Positions 51,471 through 61,859 of a stretch of DNA of 64,000 nucleotides are shown here, one piece after another. Under the pieces are notes generated by a model that searched no databases, was not told the DNA's origin, and saw nothing but the letters and a program-made list of their open reading frames with translations. The stretch is from Rhynchobatus australiae (lineage: Eukaryota), in the NCBI GenBank assembly GCA_034780895.1, contig JAUZTB010000069.1:20291035-20355034 (forward strand). Reading direction: 5' to 3'. The number at the start of each line of letters is the position of its first letter. The first letter of the stretch is position 1. Both the position numbers and the translations under genes were made by a program.

Positions 51471-52154
51471 GGCGTCTAATGCTCTTCCACAATCCGTTTC
51501 TTTAAGGAGGCAACTGAAGGCATATTTCACAACACACTTCTACAGCAATCTGCAAAAGCAGCAGAACAGTTAAATTTCTTTGTTAAAATGCCAAATTGAA
51601 CTGCTAAGTTGAACTGTGGACGTTCACGCAAATCATCAATCCCATGGAATGCCTAACCAGAAGGAGATGATGCCAAGTCTGCACAAACCTTTAATGGAAA
51701 ACAGATATGAGGCTGAAGTATAGGCCCTGGCCCATGAAAACAGGTGCCATCTGCTCCCATAAGGTGCGCTCTATGTGCATCGTTACCTAGTTTATCCTGC
51801 ATACGTTCAATTCACCTACCTGCAAGTTGTATTGGGCTCATTGTTGTTACAAGTCCATGTCAGGCCTGTATAAGATGTGCTCTGCATGTTTTTCTCATAG
51901 ACACAGAGCTGATGGGAGGGTGGGGTGAGGTGCGGTGATGGTGGGGAGGGTTGGTGGCAGGGAAGATCAAGTCTGGAGGCAGAAAGGATCAGAGGTACCA
52001 GAAGAAGGGGCTGTCAGTATGAGATACAGGATGATCAGACATATGTTTGGGCAGCAGGGAATGTTGGATGAGGGGCCTGTGGAATAAGGGGTACAAAGGA
52101 AAGGAATTAGACATGCCATCAAAGTCCTAGTGATGTGAGATGGTGGAACAGTGG

Positions 52155-52196
52155 TGTTTTACGGACTAGGTTACAATTAGTGAGTGTCCTTTTTGA

Positions 52197-52227
<31 letters not shown>

Positions 52228-52440
52228 GTGTGCTTATGTCAACAGAAGATAAATAACGTCATGACGTTGTTGTTGAAACAACCAGTCGGAGTCAGTCTGA
52301 AGAGAGAGACAGAAGAACAAGAGAGACAGAGAGAGGCACCAGCCTGCTTGTTTTCTCTGTCGACGATGAGAAACAATAACTGTGACTGTCACTGCAATCC
52401 ACGTATGGATTGTTGAGAGTAATCCGGTGGAGTTCACTTT
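52155..52440 (+). mobile_element. Solo LTR, copy 3 (5' part; runs into a 100-N gap)
   Basis: Reverse complement of 36924-37073: TGTTTTACGGACTAGG..GATAGT(GT)n..CAGAAGATAAA..CGTCATGAC..GAGTCAGTCTG. Confidence 0.85.
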
Positions 52441-52684
52441 NNNNNNNNNNNNNNNNNNNNNNNNNNNNNNNNNNNNNNNNNNNNNNNNNNNNNNNNNNNN
52501 NNNNNNNNNNNNNNNNNNNNNNNNNNNNNNNNNNNNNNNNAATTTATAGATTCTTCTGTCTTTGCACTGTACTGCTCCCGCAAACCCAATCAAGTATTGA
52601 TTTTCTAAGTAACTAATCATCACTTTCCCAATATTGAATTCCAGTAATAGGCTAATGATTCACTCGTTGTCTCTCTTTTCTTGC

Positions 52685-53470
52685 ATAAGAACATAAAAAC
52701 ATAAGAAAATGGGAGCAGGAATGGGTCACTCCACTCCCTCAAACCTGCCATGTCATTCAATGTGATCATGGTTGATCTGCCTTATGCTTCAGCCCTAACG
52801 TCTTCTTCTGTGCCAGTTCCCCATAACCCTCGATTCCCTGATCTTCCAAAACTTTACCTACTTTCTCTAATTATCCTCTATGATCCAGCCTCCCCTGTCT
52901 TTTGGCAGATAATTCCAGAGATTCACCATCCTTTGTGAGGATAATGGGAGTTGCTTCAAAATCTGAGGAATTTTGTAAGATGCATTTAATATTACTGCCA
53001 TTACTTCAATGAGAACCTTGGGATGCAGGATCTCATGTTCAAGGGATTGAGTAACTTTGTGTCCCATTAATTTCTCTTTATTAATATTAATTTGTTTAAG
53101 TTCCTCATTCTCATTTGACCCTTGGCTCCCAATAGTTCTGGTATTTTATTTATGGCACTTGTCAGGAAGAGAGTGACAGAATAGTTGTTAGACATCTCAG
53201 ACATTTCCTTATTCTCTATTATAGTTCCCCTCAGACTCCAGCAGACCGAAGTTAAAGTACTTCTCCCTTTTTTTCATAATTATCATACTCATAATCTTTA
53301 TCTTCAAGTTTCATGCTAGATCACTCTCATGCAATAATTTCTTCAACCATTTCAGTCATCCTTTGCTAGTTTTTGAAGCTCTCTAAATCCACACTTTCAT
53401 GACTCTTCTTCAAACTCTTATGATAATTTTAGCTCTTCTAGTGCTTTGACCAATTTTTCTAACTAATTGC
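52685..53470 (-). mobile_element. CR1 tail plus an older internal CR1 fragment
   Basis: CATAAGAACATAAAAACATAAGAAAATGGGAGCAGGA tail; minus KSLNPLEHEILHPKVLIEV is a decayed KSPGPDxLHPRVLxEV. Confidence 0.7.
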
Positions 53471-53734
53471 ACCATTTGTTCACCTCCAAGTTCTTTGTGC
53501 GATCTTATGATGGATGGAATGATATTTGAAGTCACCTACATAAGAAAAAATTGCATAGTTCTAATTTGAGATGTTCTGAGTCCGTAATTAATTCCTGCCT
53601 TCAGAAATAACACAATCTGTGTATAAAGGGCTACATTTCAAACACATCACTTCCCACCTATCCTGAAAGACTTAAATTGACAGAGCTTCTCAGTTAGAGC
53701 CATGTAGTAACTACAGCTTCATTGGAATCAATTC

Positions 53735-53885
53735 AAACACAGAACACTGTAAGAACCTCAGTGGCCAAGCAGCATCTGTGAAGACAAAAGGTATAAGCCG
53801 ATGTTTCAGGTTGACATCCTGCATCAGGACTGAGAGGGAACTGGAAAGAATTGGGAATTGATTGATGTGTATTGAAAGAGAAGTA
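53735..53885 (-). mobile_element. Penelope-type pLTR with hammerhead-like core
   Basis: Minus strand CAGTC-CTGATGC-AGGATGTCAACCT-GAAACATC-GGCT..CACAGATGCTGC. Confidence 0.75.
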
Positions 53886-54075
53886 ATTGGGATCAGTTCC
53901 CTTTCTGTTCCGTGTTTTGACGCTGACTCTTCCTGCCAAAGAAATCCGTTCGGCATTGGCTTTTTGGCTCTGTAGGATTCCTACAGTCCTCCAAAGAGCT
54001 CATTTTCATTTCCAAAGTTGAGCTGTGCCTAACTGTGCTAAAGTTTTATCTGAAGCCCNNNNNNNNNNNNNNNNN

Positions 54076-54125
54076 GATCGCTGGCGCTGTAATAGCGTTA
54101 CACTAACCGCTATGTTACCGTGCCA
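54076..54125 (-). mobile_element. 5' head of the V-SINE family seen at 14458-15008
   Basis: TCGCTGGCGCTGTAATAGCGTTACACTAACCGCTA..ACCGTGCC matches 14961-15006. Confidence 0.8.
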
Positions 54126-54139
54126 CCCCTCTATTTGGC

Positions 54140-55455
54140 ATTGGAGAAGGTGAAGAAGAGACTTATCAAAATCATTCCAGAGATGAGAGATTTTAGTTGT
54201 GTGGACAGAGTGGAGAAACTAGGGTTGGTCTCCAAGAGGAGGCTCCAAACAGATCCATTGCAGGTACTAGAATGAGAGAAGCTGTTCCCTTTGGCAGGAG
54301 GGGTCAAAACCTAATGGTCAGAGGATGAAAGTGATTGACAAAGGAATCAAAATTGATGAAGAAATATATTTTTACACTGTGAGTGGTTAAGCTCTGGAAT
54401 GCACTGCGACAGTTCTGGCAACCTGTTTTCCTATTTACTAAGCGTTTATTTTAAAAAATTTCATCCATTTATTTAATAAAGGCCTCAAAATTTCTTCTTT
54501 GTTTCTGATACAGTGTTCCTGTCTGAAAAATCATCTATTTTAAAGTAAGTCTCATCTTTCTTTTCCAGCAGAAATCTTAAATATATGTCTCTAATGAATG
54601 ACCCATTGAGGATATAAAATCACCTTTTGCTATTTAAATAAAGCTTTTAAGCATCACAATCAAATCTTTCCTTAAATATTTCTGCTCTAATGAAATAAGC
54701 CCGTTTCTCAGGTCTCTCAAGATGAATAATTTTTCATATCTCTGGCATCAACTCCTGTATCTTCTTCATGGTTTTGATATCTATCTTGAAGGAAAGATTC
54801 CAAAGTTCAACACAATTTTCTAGTTGTGACCCAATCAACAATTTACATAGATTTAGATCTCCCTTTTGTTCCATATTCTGTGCTTATGATATAATTTGCT
54901 TCTTTAGCCATTTGTCTTTTCAATATTTGTGCACTGGAATATTATCCTGCTGGAGGTTTTATTGGCTCATGTGTTTAAAGTGCTTCACCTCACACTTCTC
55001 TTCAAGGAAGTTCTTCAGATGTCTATGGGTCCACTTTATCAACCTGTCTATGACCTTCTTAAATTTGCTTCATAATTAGCCAAGTCCTTTCCTTTTGTGT
55101 CAGCTGCAAATGCATCTTACACCCAAGCACAGATTACTAATACATGCTGAGAAGAGCCATTGTGCTAATATCAATGCCTGGGGGATATCATTCCTCACAG
55201 AACACATAAGATCCATTAACCATTATTCTCAGTTTTCTGTTTTTTTTCAACTGTCTATCCAGGCTGCTGCCTTCTGCTGAACATTGTCTGCCTTTGTTTT
55301 ATCATATGCAGAAATAATCAATGTTTCTTTTGGAAATATAGAAGAGCCACTGAATTTCCTTCAATAATATATTCCATTACTCACTCAGAACTATTGAATT
55401 TGTCACACTATGTTTGTCTTTTACAATTCCTTGCCATCTATCCTTGATTAACCAA
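54140..55455. mobile_element. Old CR1 fragments: plus 54140-54407, minus 54500-55455
   Basis: LEKVKKRLIKIIPEMRDF..DRVEKLG and FTL.VVKLWNAL on plus; TTTTGTGTCAGCTGCAAA (minus FAADTK) at 55092-55110. Confidence 0.6.
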
Positions 55456-55459
55456 TTTC

Positions 55460-55790
55460 AAAACAGCAAATAAAAACCTGCAGAAGCTGGAAATCTGAAA
55501 TAAAAATAGAAAATTCTGGAAATACTCAGTAGGTCAGGCAGCATCTGTGGAAGAGAAACAGAGTCATCTTCCAGGTCAATAACCTTTCTTCAAAACTCAG
55601 AAAAGTCAGAAATTTAACACAGATTATAACTGAGAAAGTAGAGAACAAAGGGTGGATATTGTCTATGGTAGGGCGTATGTCCAAGAAAGACAGAATATCA
55701 CAAGAGGTTAGCTGGGAGAGCATGGTGTAGGCTCGTCTGTCTGCCAGAAAGATCAGCTCTGACAAACAAACCTTCACCACCCCCTTTCTG
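55460..55790 (-). mobile_element. Spacer plus pLTR unit (family 3)
   Basis: Full pLTR tail CTGCAGAAGCTGGAAATCTGAAATAAAAATAGAAAATTCTGGAAATACTCAGTAGGTCAGGCAGCATCTGTGG; spacer repeated in inverted form at 56196-56415. Confidence 0.8.
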
Positions 55791-55799
55791 CAAGCACCA

Positions 55800-56020
55800 A
55801 CACTATTTGCATTGTTCAGCGTATCCTGGCTTCTACCCTGTCATAGACAGTCCATTCATTCTCTCCACCCCTCCCCCTTCTTGCAATTTAAGGTTAAGCT
55901 TAAACATGCTTGCTTTCTGACTTGACCTGATAGAAGGATCAACAATGAAAACATTGACAGTCTTCCACTCCACAGATGCTGCTTGTCTTGCTGAGTATTT
56001 CCTGCATTTACTGCTTCTTG
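55800..56020 (+). mobile_element. Spacer plus pLTR unit, head-to-head with 55460-55790
   Basis: ACCCTGTCATAGACAG..TTCTCTCCACCCCTCC..CTGATAGAAGG..CCACAGATGCTGCTTGTCTTGCTGAGTATTTCC. Confidence 0.7.
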
Positions 56021-56195
56021 AAATATTAACTTTGATTTATATTATGGCCTCTGGAAACTTATCCTTCACAGTTGCATAAGAAAGGAACAAATAACTGGCA
56101 CTTGGATAATTCCTTTCTTAAGTCCTTCACCATTTGAAAAAAACACCTTTGAACTTAAGTTATAGGAATGCAGTCAGCCAATTTTCAGACACAAA

Positions 56196-56415
56196 GTGGC
56201 TGGTGAATTCTTGTTAGTCAAAGCTGATCTTTCTGGCAGACAGACATGCCTTCATCATGCTCTGTCAGCTAGCGTCATCACCTCTTGTGATATTCAGTCT
56301 TTCTTGGACATACACCCTGCCACAGACGGTTCCTTTGTTCTCTCCACCCCTCCACCTTCTCTGTTACAAACTGTGTTGCATTTTTGACTCTTCTTAGTTT
56401 TGATGAAAGATTATG
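56196..56415 (+). mobile_element. Family 3 unit, inverted copy of 55590-55790
   Basis: AGCTGATCTTTCTGGCAGACAGAC and ACCTCTTGTGATATTC.GTCTTTCTTGGACATAC are reverse complements of 55675-55758. Confidence 0.85.
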
Positions 56416-56544
56416 GTGCTTGTGGTAATGTTCAGATAATTTTCATGTTGTTACTTGCAGGATGATATTGTCCAGAGAAAATTTCCATGCTCTTCTTTGA
56501 AATAGCACCATGGGTTGTTTACCCTGCACTTGAGACAGCAGTGG

Positions 56545-56830
56545 TTGGTTAATTGTCCACTGTAAATTGCCCCTAGAGTATAGGTGAGTATAACGTGATG
56601 GGAATGTGGAGAGACTAAAATGGGATCAGTGGAGTGAATGACAACAGTCCACTTCCCTCCACAGATGCCGCCTGACCCGTTGAGTTCCTCAGGCAATTTG
56701 TTGCTCCAGATTCCAGCATTTTCAGTCTCTTGTGTCTCCACTTGTGCAGTGTAAATGGGTGCTTGACACTCAGTGTGGACTTGGGGTTAAAGTGCCTGTT
56801 TCCATGCTGCTTGCCATGATTCTATGACTC
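56545..56830 (+). mobile_element. V-SINE 3' half, itself interrupted by a pLTR at 56640-56742
   Basis: GGTTAATTGTCCACTGTAAATTGCCCCTAG and CR1-type tail GCCTGTTTCCATGCTG..TTCTATGACTC; insert CCACAGATGCCGCCTGACCCGTTGAGTTCCTC. Confidence 0.75.
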
Positions 56831-57159
56831 AATACATCATGTACTAAAGAGAACATTCCTGAAAGCGCGGTACTCCCCGAGTTTTGCATCAAAGTGTCAG
56901 TGAGCCCACAACCTTCTGAATCAGAGGCAGGAGTGCACAGATGATCACAGCTAGCACCTTGTGGTGAAAGAAAGATTCATGCTGAAAAAACACAGCTAGC
57001 CAGTCAGCACCTGTGGAGACAATAGAAGAAAGGACTCCTTGGATGTACTTCCTTCTTCTGAATCCAGAACATTGAATAGTTTTCTCCAAAGACGCTGACT
57101 TGCTTTGTGTTCCCAACCTTTTCTATTTCAGTTTTTCATGTTTTTAGTTTCAGATATTT

Positions 57160-57720
57160 CCAACAATAATGTGTATTAATACAGCACCTTTTACATAACA
57201 ACAATCTTAGGGCAGTTGAAATCGCAGCCACCAACGGATTTGGGGTGATCAAAAGATCAGGCTGAGGAAGCGCAGTTACCTGAGAGAGTCATAAATCTGA
57301 AGGAATTGCAGAAACAGGGAAAGGTAATCTCATGGAAAGATGTGAAAATGGGGGTGAAAATTTAAAAAAAAACAAGCCATTGCTTTACCAGAAGCCACTG
57401 AAGGTCAGTAATTCCAGAGGTGGCAGTTAAGCAAGAGTTGATGTGAGTTAGGACACAGGGAACAGAGGTTAGGATGTTTGCAACTTAAAGTAAGATATAA
57501 GAAGGGAGGCTAGTCTGAAGTTCATTGGAATAGTCAAGTCAAAAGGTAACAGGCATGAATGAGGGTTTTGGTATTAGCTGAGGTCAGTTAGAGGCAGAAT
57601 CAGGTAAGGTTGCATTGGTAATATTGGGAAGCCTTGGTCAAGGCACCAATTCATGGTCTACAGTTCATTTTGCAGTCAAATATGACAACAACAGTGTGGA
57701 TCACCAGAGTGCTGGGACAA
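57160..57720 (-). mobile_element. L2-type LINE 3' fragment
   Basis: CATTGGAATAGTCAAGTC (minus RLDYSN), GGCATGAATGAGGGTTT (minus TLIHA); tail AATACAGCACCTTTTAC. Confidence 0.65.
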
Positions 57721-58194
57721 GGAATGTTAATGATATTAACAAAATAAATTGGTCGATTGGTCTACTGGTCTGCTTTTCTTTAATTCTTTGTCAGTCATAC
57801 ATGACACATTGGTATGTGTCCCATATTGAATGAACTTCAGAAAGATTGTCTCAGAGCTTCAGTTAGTTTGTCACAAGTTTTTCTCAGTACTTCAGAATGC
57901 AAACCATCAGGACAAGGTGGTCTTTTGACCTTGAGTTCCACCAATTAATGATCCCCTTATCAACGATAAATTATCAACTATTCCCTTAACTATCCTGTTA
58001 ATTCCAATCTTTCAACTTTCCTTTCTTGTTTTCTTTCATTTCTGGTTTAAGACTGTTGTGAAAATTGAGCTGAAGAAATTGTACAATTCCTTGATGCTCT
58101 TCAATAATGTCTTCTTCATCTCTAGTGAGTCTTACCATATTAAACTGTGCATGTATTCTTAAAATCCTGTACACTATTGCTTCAATATTTGTAA

Positions 58195-58640
58195 ACTTGA
58201 GGAAGGGTGTGAAGTTCCTGGGGAGATGGATTGGTTCTGAGAAATGAGGGATTTTGGCTGCAAGGTTACACTGGAGAAGCTGGGGCTGTTCTTATAATGC
58301 AAAGGTTGCGAGGAGAATTGATGGATATGTACCAGATCATAACTTCATTTGAATTGGTAACTAGAGGGAAGCTGCTTCCATTTGCAAGTCAGCTGAGAAC
58401 CAAGGGCAGAGAATTAAAACATTGACCAAACAGTGATTGTGAGGATAAGCTTGTTTCTGCATGTAACTCTAATGATTGGCACTGAGTGTCTGTAGGTGTG
58501 ATGAAAGTAAAGTCAATCAAGGCTTTCAAAATAAATCAGATAGGCAATTGAGTGCAGGCTATGGGGAAAGAAGAGTGTGTAGGGACTAACAGAATTCTTC
58601 TTTCTGGCACAACATAGAATCAATAGGCTATAACAATTCT
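58195..58640 (+). mobile_element. Old CR1 3' fragment
   Basis: ORF QRLRGELMDMYQII..KLLP....RTKG; GGCTATGGGGAAAGA. Confidence 0.65.
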
Positions 58641-59599
58641 ACAACGCTAACAGACAGACCAGTAATTTCCCTACACCTCCCTATTCTCTGCTTAATGTTG
58701 TTGTGTTATCAGCCTTAGACATGACAGAATCAATAATNNNNNNNNNNNNNNNNNNNNNNNNNNNNNNNNNNNNNNNNNNNNNNNNNNNNNNNNNNNNNNN
58801 NNNNNNNNNNNNNNNNNNNNNNNNNNNNNNNNNNNNNNNNNNNNNNNNNNNNNNNNNNNNNNNNNNNNNNNNNNNNNNNNNNNNNNNNNNNNNNNNNNNN
58901 NNNNNNNNNNNNNNNNNNNNNNNNNNNNNNNNNNNNNNNNNNNNNNNNNNNNNNNNNNNNNNNNNNNNNNNNNNNNNNNNNNNNNNNNNNNNNNNNNNNN
59001 NNNNNNNNNNNNNNNNNNNNNNNNNNNNNNNNNNNNNNNNNNNNNNNNNNNNNNNNNNNNNNNNNNNNNNNNNNNNNNNNNNNNNNNNNNNNNNNNNNNN
59101 NNNNNNNNNNNNNNNNNNNNNNNNNNNNNNNNNNNNNNNNNNNNNNNNNNNNNNNNNNNNNNNNNNNNNNNNNNNNNNNNNNNNNNNNNNNNNNNNNNNN
59201 NNNNNNNNNNNNNNNNNNNNNNNNNNNNNNNNNNNNNNNNNNNNNNNNNNNNNNNNNNNNNNNNNNNNNNNNNNNNNNNNNNNNNNNNNNNNNNNNNNNN
59301 NNNNNNNNNNNNNNNNNNNNNNNNNNNNNNNNNNNNNNNNNNNNTTCACTATCTTTATTTCTCTTTCAGTACCTGGCTACCAAGTTTTACACAGTATTCA
59401 TCCCTCTTTACTGCCTCTGTTAATATCACAATCCTTCAGTCTGATTAAGGAGACACTTTGTCCCTTGTAACGTCAATTCACTGAGATAACTTGACTCTTT
59501 AATGAAGTATCATTTACAGAAATATATGGCAACATCTCAGCATTTTCAAGGTACTTACGTTTATAATGCTGTCAATTATGTCAGTGGAATGATCTTGGA

Positions 59600-59939
59600 G
59601 ACCACAGCGGTGCAACTAGTAGAGCTGCTGCTTGACAGCTCCAGTGACCTGGGTTTGATTCCCACCTCTGGTGCTGTATACATTTGTGTTGTATGCAAGT
59701 GTGGACTTTGCACATTATCCCTGTGATTGCATGAGTTTTCCTCAGTTGCTATGGTTTCCTCCCACATCTCAAAAATGAGTGGGCAAAATGAGTTAATTGG
59801 CAACTGTAAATTACCCCTGATGTGCAAGTCACTGATAGAATTAGGGTAGGATTGGTATAAACGAGTACTCAATGGTCAGTGTGGACTTGGTAGGCAGAAG
59901 GGCATGTTTCCATGCGGCATCTCCCTATGACTCAATGAC
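59600..59939 (+). mobile_element. Full-length V-domain tRNA-SINE with CR1-type tail
   Basis: GGTGCAACTAGTAGAGC head, B-box GGTTTGATTCC, GGTTTCCTCCCACAT, tail GAAGGGCATGTTTCCATGC..CTATGACTC. Confidence 0.85.
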
Positions 59940-61859
59940 CTTCAATTTTCCCATACCAGCCAGAACCTATAACAAAGAAATCAAGCATTGCTTTAGAACG
60001 ACATTAACATACCTCTGAATAAGCTACATTAAATCATTCAAACCAGTCCAACACAGGCCAATATACAAAATACATATTCCAATCAAAATTGTCCCTCAGA
60101 GACTTTAAACTGCAACTGAACTTCTCTGTGTTCTGGTCAAAGGAAATGGGGAAAGGTAATGTATCAGCACTGCAATGCAAATTTCAAATTCCACAATGTG
60201 CTACGGGATCATTGCCCAGGAAAACTGAAGATTGGTTAGCTGCTGAAAGTGCCAGCAGACACAATTAAGAGCTTTGGTTTCTTGTAGCAGCTGCACAATT
60301 ACCTGGAGCTCTCTTGGGTCTGTACGCCATGTGGTTGTCAGTGCGTACCTATTAAAAACTGATACATATCGTGTTGTGCAGTTATAATGACACTGGCAGT
60401 CACTACCTTCTCAAGTATATGTTCCTTGGGTTAAACAGAACCTTCCCAGATTCCTCACCTGTTCCAAAGTCATTTCTAAAAGCCTCCAGGTTATAAAGCA
60501 ATGGGTCCTTCCATCTAAAATTTGGTTTTCAGTGTGCAGATAAGCTATGCTAGACTGTGTGCTACACCTAATGAGATTTGCACCATTTTAAAACCTCAAA
60601 TGGAACGTCTGTGATCAACTTTGTGTTCTCTTCATTCTGGTTTTTGACTGCAGTGGATTTGCTAAGGCATTTTGGTTCTGTAGCAAAATTTTCATCCCAC
60701 TTGTCATACATTACAGCAGTTGGATGTAGATTTGTCAAGATAACAACTGGCTACGATATTGGGAGGTAAGGGAAGAAGGACAAATACATTTCTGAACTTG
60801 AAACCTCTAGGACTAAGAATGAGATTTTTATTATTTCAGGGTATTGGGAGGTATGGAGGAAAGGGAAACACTTGCGGTACAGGGACAGATCAATTATGGC
60901 AGAGCAGGCTCAAGAGGCTGAGTACCCATTTCCCTTTTCTGCATTCAGCTGTGAATAACCTGGACTGGTGGCTGTATCAGGCACTTGAGTGACAATGGAA
61001 ACCTCACTGGTAATAAACAGCAGATTCAATTTGAAGCAATCACGATCCCAATGGATCATTAGAGTCTTTGCTTAAAGACGAAATATGTCTGAATATTGTG
61101 CTCATCCAAACAATTATCACGGAGACAATAAACTTTTGAATCGAAATTTTTGACTTTCCTTAATATCTTGACAATGGAATTCTAGGTTCCTGTTAGCCGA
61201 CATAATTGCCTTGCTTGTTGCATTGTGGTATAAATCTCTGGACTTTGAATCCAGGCTAATATTTGAGAGATTAACAATATGCCCTCAACAACATGTTTTC
61301 AAATGATTCTAATATTAGTGCACCTGAGTGTTTCCTGGTTCTGCTGCAACTAGTCTATTGTCCATTGCTTTGGCAATGAATAAAAGAACATTATTCAACT
61401 TCTAAACACAAGCTCAAAGAGCATCTTCTCTGCCAACTTCCACACAAACATTATCAAAAGCAGAAGATCTGAAATATTAATTATTTACAAGTGCTTTTAG
61501 ATGATTTGGATACTTTTAAAATTTAAAAATGTAATTATTTTCCATTTTTAAAATAAATTAACTTTGTTTTGTAATACATTGTAAATGTCCTTGGATGTCA
61601 GAAACCTACAGAGACCTATAAAAATTCTCGCAACTTTAACAGGGGTGTTATGGGGGCTGGGCTCCCTTAGCAAGTCTCTGGAAGGTTTGTCAGTGTTCAG
61701 TCCATGCCACTTACTCCATTATTGGCAGTAATTGCATACAGCAGACCTGTGCCCTCAAAATCTGGCCCAATTTTCATCAGTGTTCTGCCCAATTTTCATG
61801 AGCTTCTTCAAAGATGTTTTTTTCCCTGTAATTTTTCGGAACTTAACAAACATGATCCT

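Larger units (their letters stand above)
56090..56957 (-). mobile_element. Deu-domain-type SINE (SacSINE1-like) broken by three later insertions
   Basis: Pieces CAGCCAATTTT, TGCTCTTCTTTGAAATAGCACCATGGG and GAGCCCACAACCTTCTGAATCAGAGGC occur in the recalled consensus order. Confidence 0.6.

Noticed and set aside
59600-59680. tRNA-like A/B boxes (also 3760-3814, 14940-15008, 54076-54125)
   Set aside because: They are SINE heads followed by V-domain bodies; no cloverleaf or tRNA gene.
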